DNA of 63,994 nucleotides, filler included, from Phoronis australis (GCA_002633005.1; 5 parts of 5 records of this genome joined end to end with filler, not necessarily neighbours in it), one strand, 5' to 3'; counted from the whole stretch's first letter, positions 35,775-49,111 are shown. The notes: generated by a model not told the origin, from the letters alone. Numbers and translations are program-made.

Positions 35775-38700
35775 GTACATTGTTACAGTAGACACAACTG
35801 GAGCCCAATTTCCACCACTTCGTGCAATCGTGGCCTACACAGTGTTCACTCCCTAGAACACCACAATTTTCGACCCTCCAGGTAGCAACAATTCTCGAGC
35901 TACACCCCTCCCCTCGTTGCCATAATATTTTCTTCCCAATTCCCTCTTTGAGGTGGGATCCTGCACAACTTGAGGGTCCTAACCAATTCAAATCACCTTG
36001 GTGAATTTAACGTGCGTTGACTTTCAAACTTAGTGGAGAATAATTGGCCATAATGACCAAAGTTCGAGCATGCACTGAACACAATTGCTTCCAAGGGCAT
36101 CCAGAACACCTTGGGTGTTTTCGTAACCTCAAATTTCACCTAATAAATGAACGCACTGTGCATGTGTGCTCATGGAAAAAATTTTCTTTGGTAGGAATTT
36201 TTTCAAGCACCATTTTGAAGAAAAATTGTTTGAAATCACCCAGCTGAGTGTCATGTCCTGTATAAACCTGTGGGAGTACCCCCTTAGAATAATTTAAGGA
36301 AAGTACCCTGAAAGCCCAAGGATGGAGAAATGAACCCTATCCCTATAACTAACAATGTGGGTTGAATATCTTGGAAAGTACAAGCACAATTGTTGATTTC
36401 AGAATGCGCTTATCAGCTGGTGTGTGCTGGCTTCAGCATTTCCTTCGAATTAAACTCCTTTAAAGGTCAACGACATGCATTGTATGTGACAAAGAATAAA
36501 TTTTGATCTGAACAACTTACCACTAAATACAGGAATTGGAAAGACTAAAAGAGGAAAATTTTCCAGATGATGTATCGTTTCACAAATAGGCTTGTGTGAT
36601 AGAAATTTTTTCGTGTTGTAAAATTTAATTAATAAAAATAAAAGTCTTAGCATGAATGAAGTCAAAGTAATGATAAAAAAGAGGCTTGAAATCAAACAAG
36701 AGGAAATAAAAACAAAAAATATGAAATCCTCTTAAAAAAGAAAATTCCAAGCCATATTTGTATCCCTGTCTCAACTTGTTCCTTAGTGGACTTGGAAGAA
36801 CTCAAACTTTGTTATTGCTCAAAGCCATGGTTATTGCACCAGGTCTTAAGCAATAACAAACTATCGTTCAACGGAAGCCAATATGCCACACGTAATCTCA
36901 GTAAGGAACAGTACGAGATCAGGAGTCTAACCACGAGTACATACGCGAAGACTGACACCAGACACAAGTATCCAAATCCAACTGCTGGATATGCCAATCT
37001 CCATTTTGATTAGATTTGTGCTACTATTTAGGCGAAAAACAACATTGTTGGTAGTGAGACCAATCTGATATTGTTACATGACGGTTCTAAAAAGGTTGGG
37101 TTAATAGCAGCTTAAAAATGGTACACTTTGTGGACAAGTAACTTAAAATGGGTTCATCTTAATACAGATGCTTTCTTATTCTCCACATTGTATTTAAATG
37201 CTTTTTGTGCTAAACAGGTTCTAGCTCAGTCTTGATGGAATGATTTACAACCCTGAAAAGGGATTATTAGATCATGTTTTGAGAATACACCTCTAGAGTG
37301 ATGCTTTCAATCCAAATTGAACTCAAAATTGTTGTCACTTCCAGCCCACTTCCTTGCAAGTTCAAGATAGTACTTAAGGACCACTAGATTCAAGCTAAAA
37401 TTTGAGTAAAAACTCAAAATTTCTAGCAAAGGCTCGAGCTCAGACTCAAACTCTTAGCTCCAATGCTGGGATCATTAATTGTAATAAATAATAAAAATAA
37501 TCTCAAGTAAAAAGTTGAAACCCAGCGCCCAGGTGTTACTTTCATAATGGTCTATGCTTTCACAAGCCAGTGAATGTGCAACTTGAATGGTAGTTGGGTC
37601 TTTAATAACCTATATCCCCAGCACCATTGGCGTAGTCAGAATTACTCAACAGAAATTGTTGGCGACCAATGATTGTGATGAGAGGCAACCTGGAGGCACT
37701 GCACTGAACAGGGGACAGGGACAGGGGAGCTAGGCAAGCACAAAACCGGAATGAGTTTCTATCAGTGGAAGGGTCTGCAATGAAGATGGGGTAGCCCAGT
37801 TGTGTGCCCCACCGCTATAGTGCCCAGAGTTAGTACTTCAGTCTATCCCTAACCTAAACCATATTTCTGATCAATACATCAGCAAAATAAAGTTCCCAAT
37901 AGTTAGACAAATTTCATGGCACGTTGTGTGATTTGTAGCCTATGAGTGTAATGTTTCTAGGAACACATTAATGACATCACGGTTTTTAATTTTGAGTCAA
38001 CGTGAGGGTGTTTGCCAGTGCAAATGTTCTGAAGCAATTCACACTGCCCAACTCTTGCCACGAGGAGGCCCCCTCAATAAGAGTCAAATTTGTAATTTTG
38101 AAAAACTGTTCGAAAAGACCGAAATGACTAAAATCACTGCTGTATTATGTAGATCCTAACCACAAGAATGACACACTAGCATGTTGTTCAAAACACTGAG
38201 TAAACACAATGATAATAGTCACATACAGGGGACCCCCACTTTGAGAACCATACAGTGTTTTCAACTGCATAACAGGAACCTGTTTTTCACTGAAATCAGA
38301 CATTAAAACTTGTTCTCAAAATGCGGATTGCCAGTGAGTGACTATTGCCTGGATAACAATCCTACACATCTAACGCGCAAGAAACCGTCAACTTGCGTTA
38401 AATGACCCAACTCAAAATCTTTGAAGAACCCTGAGCTCCCAATTTTAAAATATGAGATGTTTTTGCAAGTAGTCATTTCAACGAAGCAGATTTTTAAATC
38501 CACTTGCTTACAATGTCTAACTCCAGGATGCTTTGATTAAAGCGAACCTTAGTAGTTTCGGAATGTTTTAGAATGATTCCAAGACATTGTTTTGCAGTTA
38601 GACTGAAATTGATAGATGATTGTTGCAAACTGCAGCATTTGATGTCATGTGAATGTGGAAAGCAGAAAATGAAACAAAAGACGAGTCGGGGTCCAGGAGA

Positions 38701-39394
38701 GAGAGGACACTTGCATAGATTGCATATGACCAAATGTGCCCCTCTGACCAGTGACTCAGGCATTACAAGTCAGCATGAAAGGGCGAATTTCCAAATAAAT
38801 TCCCCACAAAAATATTTACTTTTTGGTTTGAACTGTATAAAATGATCCATTTTTCCACCAAAACCACTGAAGGTTTCATGTACAACTGAGGCTTGTTCTG
38901 TTAAAAAGAATACAGAGAAATTCTTGCTGAAATTCAATTCCCTGTAAATAATAACTTTGCGTAATTATTTTATCAGAAAAGTTGACTCTTTCATTGAGGC
39001 TCTCACCAAAATGGGTCAGTTTTAATGACTGTGCCAACTCACAAAAGGGTGAGGTTTTATCTTGCCGATTATAGGAAAGAGTGGGTATAATCATAATTTC
39101 ACAGCAACAAACAACCTCCGAAATAATTGAATACTCCGTATGACTGTGCGATGGCAGTCAAAGGCACTGCTGAATGGCACCGCCAAAAGCGATAAAATCA
39201 GTCATTATAACACTATTGCTAGACTGATTAATGTTTGCGCGTTTAGGACCATTGACTGTATTTTTATGCTCCTAATTTCTGTTAAAAGTGACATGTGTGC
39301 CAGTGACAGTGTATTATATCCTTATCTGACCCACCAGTTCAACCTTCACGGCATTCACGGGAACTTATATAACGCACATGAACATGTTAAGTAC

Positions 39395-40600
39395 TAGTCC
39401 ACGAGAGCACCAACCATGAGCGGCAAGGTGGGGGTCAGCCGATTTTCACCAAATTTAAAAAAATGTAGTCCTATGGGATCTATAAATATTGGTAAAATAT
39501 TTCCTCAAAATATTGTGTTTTTCTAAAGTTATAGGTTCAAACACATTTTACGGTTTCGCAGCCATGTTTTCACGGTATAAAAACTGTCCAGTTTTAACTG
39601 TTCATATTTTTCCTTGAATGAAAGCTATTGATTTATTATCCACTTGGCATTGTTTAGTGGTGCCTATAGATTGTTACACAGATGTCTTGAAACACGATTC
39701 CGATTTACCACCCTCATTTAGTAGTTTTACTACACTGCCCCCGTTATGAGGTTGTGTTCAGTACACTGCTGTACCAAATCTGCCCCCACTGTTATGAGAA
39801 TGAAACTTAGCCAAAATGTTGACAAAACATGTTACTTTCATTGTTAAAATAAAAACTTTGTCAGCCAGTTTATTAGTTATACATTGTGGCGCCTCAAATG
39901 TACTAAAATGAGAAATTTTCAAATACCTGAGATCGATGCGTGAGCACCGTAAAATCCGATTGTCCTTCATATTTTTCGATATTTTGCAACAAGTTAGTTC
40001 GTCCTGAATGTTTTAAACGTTTTACTACTAATCACTTTGAGCTATAGTACCCCTAAATACCATGCATGGCTCCATTTTGTAAAAAGCCGGTTATGTCCTC
40101 CACAGTGAACAGGGTTAGACATGAACTCGACAATTGTAGGTTATTTTGATTTACAGTTGTTTTACTTTGCAATTTCCTCATGGGTATTTCTTCACATATA
40201 TTCAAGTCAGATTTTCTGTTGATCAAATGTTCATGCAATGCATTGTAATATCAAATGAATGATAAGTTTGGTGGCATGACCGCAGTTTTTCCCACGACTT
40301 AAAACTAAAGACCGCAGAAATTTTCCTGACGAACTACCGGGTTTGCAGTTCTCTAAAAACATTCGAATGACAAGACAAACTCCACCACTTTCTGTGGCAA
40401 CTCGTCGCATGTTTTTCGCCCATCGGTCCTATCATTGTTTTCCTTTGTTGTGTCATTGTTGGATATAACAACACAGGTCGCATTGATATAGAACCTTGCA
40501 TACATCAGACCGTTGCCGATAAGAGCTCGTCATTATATCTTTATTATAACAATGAAGATGCTAATCTACTGTTCTCTATGCGACCAGGTTTCTCGTGGAT
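39395..40600. mobile_element. possible non-autonomous Academ-like DNA transposon
   Basis: Left end TAGTCCACGAGAGCACC, right end GGTTTCTCGTGGA; interior is non-coding. Confidence 0.35.
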
Positions 40601-42288
40601 GGCCACAGAAGAGGAATCCCAAAGTATCCACAAACAATGACCACGCACCTTAGTAACTATTACCGCGCACACGAATCCTTTCCGTGGAACCTAAACACCA
40701 AATTTTTTTATCCGTGTATTGTGTTGTATTGCTCATGGTACGGGTTCAGACTCTGTTGTATTAAGATTCCAATCCCCAACCCTGTAATATGTACTTTGAG
40801 TAAAATTTCTAGACAATGCAGGTTTATGGATTTATTCTCCTTTAAATGAAGAGTAAAAATCAAATTCTGCACAGGTTTTTTAAAAGCAATCACTTATCGG
40901 AAGATCACACATCTAAAAAATAAAACAATGTTTGACAATTTTATTCATTATCTTATTTGAAAACTGCCTACCTCACAGACAACTCATCTAAGTTGAAAAT
41001 ATTCCTTGTGAAAAAATATAAAATACCAACCAGAGACTTGTGTACTACAAAATATGTTTTCGTAATACAATGCAAAGATAACTGTACAGTCAAAAGTTCA
41101 AATATTATGACTCTAATAAAAAATTGCCTTCTAGATCTTTTCAACACTCTAATTGCTACAGGACAGAGTCAACCACACAAAGCCCATAAAGTCAGGGAAT
41201 TACATTTAAGGTGATGTAGTCTCACTGCGAAAAAGTGATTTCGCAATATCGCTGACAACACTGGAAATCTCTTCTTCACAATCTTGAGGCAGCTGTATTT
41301 ACCACATCAATGTTCTTATCAAAACTAACCACTACAAAATGAAAAATTTTGGCTTGTCGGTTCCAATTAAGCAGCATTTTCAATGAAATGGTCATGAAAA
41401 AATACTTTTGCAACATGGTTTGTATTACAATTGCCCTACGATTACAGTTGTACATACATACTAGACCAGTAACAAAATTACCCATGGGAACAATAAAATG
41501 GTCAATTCGCCAAAAAACAAGGAGCCACCAGAGCTAATGTGCCAATACTTTTCAGTACTGAAACAAAAAATCATTTGAAGTGGACATAAACTCGCCTAAA
41601 ATCACATAAAACAACTTTTGATTGAGACATTTTACCATCACGAAATAGGTATTACTTCCAGGTCACTTTTGAGCAATTTCAGAACTTTGAAAGATCTGGC
41701 AATAGGCAATTGCTAGAGACCAGACTAATAGTGTGTGATTTTATACATACAGCATGGCCTTAAGGAATAGCAAACTGTCAATTTGCTATAATTCCAGACA
41801 TCACTTCCCATCTGGATAAGGAACAAACTGAGCAAAGTTTATAGAGGTAAATGGTCTAAATCAAAACTTATTACCTCCTGGACAGAATATGGGTTTACAA
41901 CCCAGGTAGAAAGATAAGTTAACAAAACCAGCCTAACTGCAACAGGATCTCAAATTTCAGTAATATATACCCATTTACAAACAAAAATCTATAATGGTAA
42001 ATAAAATGCGGAAACATAAATTCAGATCAGTTATGGATCTTCAAGGAAAAGGAACAGTACAGTGGTCAGAAATCATCTAAATGTGATGGCGACACTGAGA
42101 AATCCTGTCAGACCAAAAAATCCAGTGGCTAAACAAAATGAACAATGTACCATTACCATGTGGCCCAGGATCATGATCCGTGCCTGGANNNNNNNNNNNN
42201 NNNNNNNNNNNNNNNNNNNNNNNNNNNNNNNNTTAATTAATTAANNNNNNNNNNNNNNNNNNNNNNNNNNNNNNNNNNNNNNNNNNNN

Positions 42289-42359
42289 AAAGGAGCAGAG
42301 AAATTGCCAAAAATAGTTTCGAGTTCGTTTCGAGTACAAAGATTAGAGACCGGGCCCAG
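42289..42359 (-). mobile_element. Harbinger terminus related to the 3885 end, inserted next to the Gypsy relic
   Basis: CTG|GGCCCGGTCTCTAAT with TTTCGAGT subterminal repeats; the rest is lost in the gap. Confidence 0.6.
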
Positions 42360-42379
42360 GTCTTCGTTTTCTTTTGTTT

Positions 42380-42790
42380 GGACGGCAAATTTTCCCCAGC
42401 CAACTCAGTCTATATCTGAGCGTCTGGACGTAATCTAATAGATGAAAGACTGGATAATCGCAAACCCACTGTTCCTTCAGCAAGGCTAGAGGGCCACGGA
42501 CGGTGTGCTCGAATATCAACTCAAAGGACTGAATCCCAAAACTCCTGAGCAGATTATCTAACAACAAACAGCAGCAAATGGACTTGAAAAAGTCCATGCA
42601 TATGGACTCCTTCATTCCAGTTCTTGTCATTGCCAAAGCAGTATGTTCACATCATAATCTTAAGGGTGGCATTGGAACCTCTCTAAGGCGCATTGTGATT
42701 CAGGGTAATAAGCCGGAGAATTTGTTTTGTCTCCAACTGCTACCTGCTCTGTCTAGTTGTCAAGTTTGTTATGTAATTTTGTTGCAATTT
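42380..42790 (-). mobile_element. Gypsy LTR retrotransposon integrase relic
   Basis: TLKIMM*TYC..KNWNEG and SFELIFEHTVRGPLALLKEQW..LLDYVQTLRYRL. Confidence 0.8.
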
Positions 42791-42868
42791 TTTGAGGAAA
42801 GTGGAAACTATACATTTTTGGGAACCTTATGGAATGTCAAATCAGAAAATAATTGATTCCATTTTTTG

Positions 42869-43170
42869 GCGGCCATCTTGGCGGCTATCTTGGATTTACA
42901 AATACGGCGCCGGTAAAATGGATTTTGCCCAATATCTCCACTTTTGGGTCACTTAGAATGCTGGTTTTTATGGCTACACCTGCATTTCTCAGGTCAAGAA
43001 ATTGGAAATTTGAATTTTTTGGGCACCATCTTGGCAGCCATCTTGGATTTTCAAAAATGGCGCCCGTAAAATACATTTTCCTCAGTATCTTTGCTCTTGG
43101 GTCACTTTGAATGCTAGTTTTATTGGCTGCACCCACATTTTTGTGGTCATGAAATCTGAAAATGCGACTT
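42869..43170. repeat. two ~153-bp tandem units (CCATCTTGGC.GC.ATCTTGGATT)
   Basis: Direct repeat visible in the DNA and in the self-similar ORF 42853+. Confidence 0.75.
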
Positions 43171-43469
43171 ATTAAACGAGAAACATAATCAAAACCCCAT
43201 TTATTAGCAGCCACATTTTCTAAATGCGTTCATCATGTAATCCGACAGATGATCACTATCTTACTTCTTTTACTTCTTGTATATTTTGTTCGGAGCTTGT
43301 TTCCTTCAAGACACTTAAAACTAAACCAGTACCTAAACAACTTATTTACGTTTGAAGAACATGAAAGTATGTTTTTTTGTAGTGTGAACAGTCTTTCAAA
43401 ACTTTGAAATCAGTCTATAAATCATTACTATAGCTATCACTGTCACCAGGAATCACATCGTATTTGGAT

Positions 43470-46100
43470 GTTCTCTTCTCCATCCCTGTCTTTATAGCCA
43501 AAACTTCTCAACATTGATTTCGACCGTTCTCTTTTGATACCTTTCGATTCACCAGTCTTGACAACATCATTGGCGCTTTCTTGCCAATCAGTCCTGCTAG
43601 GGAATACCGCATTCTTTGTTTTTTCCATCTGGCAATGTCTATCCAAGGATTCAAACCTTTGCTCTAACCTTATTGTATTCTTCTCGTCAAAAGCAAGCTT
43701 TTCTTAATGATTGATTAGGCAATTGTGAAGAGAGTAATGCCCTGGTGTTGGGTACTCACGACGGTCTACTTCTGGCTGAACAATGGAATTCGCTTTACTA
43801 TTTACTCCTCCCGTCAGACCTGGCGGTAGGTTTGTATCTGTAAGGTCTCAAAGTTTCATCATGACTGTCTTCTGCCCTGCCAGATAGCCTGTCAGCTGAC
43901 GCTGCCCACACACGTCGTGATGCAGGACTGGAAGTACCTTTCCAATCCTTCTCTGGTCGAGCGATAGAAGTAGATTGCATAGTCTGTGCTGTTTGTTTTC
44001 GGGGTTGAAGATGTACCTTTGCAAGGTTGAACTCCTGCATTTGGCTACTCTCTTCTCCATCCCTGACTTTATAGCCATAACTTCCCATCATTGANCGTGG
44101 ATGAAGATGTACATTTGCAAGGTTGAACTCCTGCATTTGGCTACTCTCTTCTCCATCCCTGACTTTATAGCTATAACTTCCCATCATTGATTTCGACCAT
44201 TCTCTTTTGGTACTTGTTGATTGACCAGTCTTGGCAACAGCATTGACGCTTTCTTGTGAATCAGTCCTGCTAGGGAGTACCTCACTCTTTGTTTTTCCCA
44301 TCTGGGAATGTCTATCCAAGGATTCAAACTTTTGCCCTAACCTTACTGTATCCTTCTCGTCATCAGCGGTATGTCCAAAGTAAGCTTTTCTTAATGATTG
44401 GTTTGGCAATGGTGAAGTTAATAATGTCCTGTTGTTTGGTATACGTGACGGTCTACTTCTGACTGAACAATTGGATTCGCTTTCCCATTTTACTCCTCCG
44501 TCAGACTTGGCGGTAGGTTTGGATCTGTAAGGTCTCGAACTTTCATCATAACTGTCTTCTGCCCTGCTCGATAGCCTGTCAGCTGACGCTGCACACACAC
44601 GTCGTGACGCAGGACTGGAAGTAGCTGTGCAATCCTTCTCTGATCGAGCGATTGAAGGCTGCATTGTATATTTGGGCGCAGCATTGTGCGGAGATTTAAC
44701 CATGGAATTGGTATTTCTTGCTGAAGTAGATTGCATAGGGAGTGCTTTTGGTTTTCTGACCTGAAGATGTTCGTCTGCAAAGTTGAACTCCTGCATTTGG
44801 CTGTTCACTTCTCCATCCCTGTCTTTATAGCCGAAACTTCCCAACATTGATTTTGACCGTTCTCTTTTGCTAGCATTTGATTCACCAGTCTTGGCAAAAG
44901 CATTGGCGTTTTCTTGCAAATCAGGCCTGGTAGGAAATACCTCAGTCTTTGTTTTTTCCATCTGGCAATGTCTATCCAATGATACAAACTTGTCCCTTAC
45001 TGTATTCTTCTCGTCATCACTGGTATGTCCAAAGCAACGTTTTCTTAATGATTGGTTTGGCACTTGTGAAGGGAGTAATGTCCTGTTGTTGGGTACACGC
45101 GACGGTATACTTCTGGCTGAACAATTGGATTCGCTTTCCCATTTTACTCTTCCGTCAGGCATGGCGGTCGGTCTGGATGTGTAAGGTCTCGAATTTTCAT
45201 CAGAACTGTCTTCTACCGCGCTCGACCGGCTGTCAGCTGACACTACAGGACTGGAAGTACCTTTCCAATCCTTCTCTGGTCGAGCGATTGAAGGTCGCAT
45301 TAAGTGCTGGGACGCGGCATTGTGCGGAAATTTATCCGTGGTTTTAGTGTATCTTTCTGAAGTAGTCTGAATAGGCATAGACTGTGCTGTTGGTTTTCGT
45401 GGATGAAGATGTACATTTGCAAGGTTGAACTCCGGCTTTTGGCTGTTCTCTTCTCCACCCCTGTCTTTATAGCCATAACTTCCCATCATTGATTTCGACC
45501 ATTCTGTTTTGGTACTTGTTGATTGACCAGTCTTGGCAACAGCATTGACGCTTTCTTGTGAATCAGTCCTGCTACGGAGTACCTCACTCTTTGTTTTTCC
45601 TATCTGGGAATGTCTACCCAAGGATTCAAACTTTTGCCCTAACCTTATTGTATCCTTCTCGTTACCACTGGTATATCCAAAGCAAGCTCTTCTTAATGAT
45701 TGATTAGGCAATTGTGAAGAGAGTAATGTCCTGTTGTTTGATACACACAACGGCCTGCTTCTGGCTGAATAGTTGGATTCTCTTTCCCATTTTACTCCTG
45801 CGTCAGGCCTGGCAGTAGGTCTGGATCTGTAAGGTCTCAAATTTTCATCATAACTGTCTTCTGCCCTGCCAGATAGCCCATCAGCTGACGCAGCACACAC
45901 ACGTCGTGATGCAGGACTGGAAGTACCTCTCCAATCCCTCTCTGATAGAGCGATTGAAGGCCCCATTAAGTGTTTGGTCGCGGCATTGTGCGGAGATTTA
46001 ACCATGGCATTGGTGTATGTTTCTGAAGTAGACTGAATAGACAGGGTTTTTGGTTTTGTGGGTTGAAGATGTATATCTGCAAAGTTAAAATCTTGTTTCT
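43470..46100 (-). repeat. four coding tandem repeats of 642-660 bp
   Basis: EFN(F/L)A anchor at ~46083, 45424, 44782 and 44122; the fourth unit runs past the stop codon. Confidence 0.92.
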
Positions 46101-47343
46101 GCAACCGATTTTTTTCTTCTCTATTGGCATCAGCGACAGAAGTTCTCATCAGTGATTTCGACAAGCTCTGCTCGAAACCTGTTCTCTTCATTGATCCGCC
46201 CGTCTTCAATATGCAAGCATTGTCGTCAGAGCCACTTGATCGGTCATCAGATACCGTTACATACGGATGATTTGTTGCAGAAGCGAAAATACTTCTCGAA
46301 CCATTCCCAGATTGATCGATTGTTATTTCCTGATCAGTCCTTCTGAGGCGTTCATTTCGAGACTTGTAACTGGTCACCCGTAAACTTGAAATTTTAGCAG
46401 AGTTGGGCACTCCATATTGAGCCGTTTTAACAACGGTATTGGTGTTTCTTTGTAAGGTTGGCTGCATATGCAGGGCTTTAGTGTTTCTAATGTGAAGATA
46501 GGAGTCCGCGATGTTAAGCCCTTGTCTTGCTTCATTTTTATCTTCAGAACTGAAAAGTCTCGATTGCACTGATTCACCGGTCCATTTATTTTTTCCTAAG
46601 CAAATCGATCCATTTTCCCGTTGAAAGATTTCACTGATGTTACAATCAGGACAATGCCTATTTTTTGGAATACCCGTGGGTCTTGCTGTACCAGTCGATG
46701 TCACGGCAACAAACTTCGCTCCGAGTTCAATCGCTTTCTTCAAATTTATTCTTTCCGTGTAAAACAATTCAACCCAAATTTTATTGACAACGTCCCACGT
46801 ATTATCCCAAGTGCCATTGTAACCTCGCTTCATGAACGGGTTGTCAAACGTATTCAAGTGAACCAGATAATGATCACAGAATTTGTCGACCTCAGAATTA
46901 GGCTTTGTCATTACTATGGTAACGTAATGTGGACCGTTGTTCTTCAAACAATAGAAATCGGCAAAATACAAGCTGCAATCATTCATGAAGCAGTTAGTTG
47001 GCATCAACAGGCGAGTGTCACCAAATGGCGATGTCCTTGGAAATCTGTTTTTACCAGAATGAAAGGGATTGTTTACAGAGAAAAATGTACCCTTTATCTT
47101 TTCGTTAATTGGAGAATCATTGTCGCCACTCCTGTCTTTCCAACGGGGCTCTATGATCCCAGATGTAGAAAGAATGTTAGTAAAAACTGCTTTTGGCTGA
47201 TTGCGATAAAAAATGTCCACATTTTGCCAATTGCACTGTTTTCTTTGAACCATTAACCTTGCTCTGGCGTATAGTTCCTCAACCTTTGTTCTTTGTTGTT
47301 CCACTGTAAAAGAAAACACGTACTCATGACAATTAGTGGTCAC
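43798..47343 (-). CDS. PHYHIP/PHYHIPL-like protein (PHYHIP C-terminal domain) with ~900-aa Ser/Arg-rich repeat tail; 5' exon(s) unresolved
   Basis: FYRNQPK, KDRSGDNDSPINEKIKGTFFS, SPFGDTRL, LYFADFYC, HYVTIV, WVELFYTE and PKNRHCPDCN match the PHYHIP C domain. The 1181-aa frame is open; the annotated start is GTG, with a candidate acceptor at 47383. Confidence 0.88.
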   Translation of the reverse strand: MTTNCHEYVFSFTVEQQRTKVEELYARARLMVQRKQCNWQNVDIFYRNQPKAVFTNILSTSGIIEPRWKDRSGDNDSPINEKIKGTFFSVNNPFHSGKNRFPRTSPFGDTRLLMPTNCFMNDCSLYFADFYCLKNNGPHYVTIVMTKPNSEVDKFCDHYLVHLNTFDNPFMKRGYNGTWDNTWDVVNKIWVELFYTERINLKKAIELGAKFVAVTSTGTARPTGIPKNRHCPDCNISEIFQRENGSICLGKNKWTGESVQSRLFSSEDKNEARQGLNIADSYLHIRNTKALHMQPTLQRNTNTVVKTAQYGVPNSAKISSLRVTSYKSRNERLRRTDQEITIDQSGNGSRSIFASATNHPYVTVSDDRSSGSDDNACILKTGGSMKRTGFEQSLSKSLMRTSVADANREEKNRLQKQDFNFADIHLQPTKPKTLSIQSTSETYTNAMVKSPHNAATKHLMGPSIALSERDWRGTSSPASRRVCAASADGLSGRAEDSYDENLRPYRSRPTARPDAGVKWERESNYSARSRPLCVSNNRTLLSSQLPNQSLRRACFGYTSGNEKDTIRLGQKFESLGRHSQIGKTKSEVLRSRTDSQESVNAVAKTGQSTSTKTEWSKSMMGSYGYKDRGGEENSQKPEFNLANVHLHPRKPTAQSMPIQTTSERYTKTTDKFPHNAASQHLMRPSIARPEKDWKGTSSPVVSADSRSSAVEDSSDENSRPYTSRPTAMPDGRVKWESESNCSARSIPSRVPNNRTLLPSQVPNQSLRKRCFGHTSDDEKNTVRDKFVSLDRHCQMEKTKTEVFPTRPDLQENANAFAKTGESNASKRERSKSMLGSFGYKDRDGEVNSQMQEFNFADEHLQVRKPKALPMQSTSARNTNSMVKSPHNAAPKYTMQPSIARSEKDCTATSSPASRRVCAASADRLSSRAEDSYDESSRPYRSKPTAKSDGGVKWESESNCSVRSRPSRIPNNRTLLTSPLPNQSLRKAYFGHTADDEKDTVRLGQKFESLDRHSQMGKTKSEVLPSRTDSQESVNAVAKTGQSTSTKREWSKSMMGSYSYKVRDGEESSQMQEFNLANVHLHPXSMMGSYGYKVRDGEESSQMQEFNLAKVHLQPRKQTAQTMQSTSIARPEKDWKGTSSPASRRVWAASADRLSGRAEDSHDETLRPYRYKPTARSDGRSK

Positions 47344-49111
47344 CTTTATAAGGATACGAAACCCATTTATATGGAGATTCGTCTAAGTAGGATATTACGA
47401 TAAAATTAAATTTGTAGAGTCGACAACAATGGCAGAGCAGTTTTTCTTTTAAATATTCAAATGGTCATTTTTTTATTAATACGTGAAAAGCGAGTTTGGT
47501 ATCCTTTTGAATTATTTCTTGATTAAACGCAGTTACTACTGAAATATAAATCGAGAGTAAGTTATTAATCAGTGGAAATTATGAAGATTCTCTAACTGTT
47601 ATTGACAAAATTTCATTTCACCTTAAATAAATACATTCAAGTAGTTGCTGAATGTCTATAAAATCTTTCAAAAATTTATGTAACCAAACGTATTCTTTGA
47701 AACGGGCAACCGTTAGAATTTATATATCAGTGTCCACAGGAAGAAAATAACAGAACGGGACAGCTATGTTGGTGCATTTTAACGTGTTTTCAAATGAGAT
47801 TTAAAAAGGAACAATCAAGGTGATTTAAAGTTACAAAAATACACTAACACTGTCCCTGAAGATTTGCATACTGGAGGTGCTAGAGTGCTTTGAGTATGGC
47901 ATGCTTACGCCTTCAAAAGATATCGTTTCTCCAGCGTTTCCCACAGCACGAGTCTGTAATGTCTAGCCTTAGATGCTACTGATATGACTAAGCTAAAACC
48001 TCACTACCCTTTGTGTNTGTGCGTGTGCGTGTCTGGTCCAAGTAAACCCGGTGGTGAATTTATTCCGACAGTGCATCTGCACCGACGTGTCGGAGACAGA
48101 AAAGTAAAGTGATATTCTATAGGTAACTAACCGTTCAACAAGCAAAAGTCGTTGTATATCGTCAATACTTTATTCCAAAAACATTAAATTGGTGGAATGA
48201 TCCGGGAAATTAGCGATAAGATTTTTTCGTCGAGAATCATGGCCCCAGGGGCTCAACTGGTCTTTCAAGTTATTGGAACCAGAGGGGTGGAGGACGCTCT
48301 AAAACGGTCAATGAAATATCAAATCATCCTGTTGTATACAGTCAATTTATTCAACATGGTGGGTCTACCGTAAAGCTAGATGACGTCTAACTAGGAAATA
48401 TCTTGCCACGTTGTTGAAACATGTAATCTGGAGGCCGGCGAAAACTGAGGTGCATGGGAATAACAGAAGTGGTGTGCTCGGCAAAACTGGTGTCATCCAG
48501 GGATTTGCCCCTGTCCAAGTTGACTTTTTTATGTTCATACATTGATTTTTTGTCACACTGACTGACCGGCATGTCTCGTAAAACTGCCTTATGTTGCCGC
48601 CCGTAGTATAGAATGCGTTTAGCGATATCCGTGAACCAGCCGTAATTTGTCGGTCACAGCAGCTAAGTAGGTAATGCTTGGACTATTCAGGGTAGTCGAA
48701 AGTTTTAAAGACATACTTTAACACCAAAGCAACTGCTTTTCAACACAAGGAATTGTACTGTATGAATCTCTTGCACACGACAGTTCATGTCTGCACGGCG
48801 TAGTTGACAGCTGTGTTATTGCAATGAGCTCACTGGCCATAGGCAGCCAACCTTCCATAAGTTTGCTTGCTTCATATGATGTTGGCATAACTCAATTATT
48901 TTTGCCAACGAATTGTAAAGACCAGTGTGTCAAAGATGATAAAGCCTTTTACAAAATATTAGAGGTTTCATTTTTATTTCCAGCAGTGAGTAGGAAGGAT
49001 GTCACCTTTTAACTGAAACACCGAGACATCCTCAATGACGGAATTGCAAGAACACTTGAAATGGAAGGTAGAAAATTAATAAATCAATTACTGGACTTAC
49101 GGTTACATAGA

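Noticed and set aside
44000-44190. Extra ~96-bp duplication within repeat unit 4
   Set aside because: The junction is a single N at 44095, so it may be an assembly overlap; not treated as real without reads.
46621-47256. 211-aa plus-strand ORF and other ORFs overlapping 43798-47343
   Set aside because: Antisense or alternate-frame shadows of the PHYHIP-like gene with no independent motifs.
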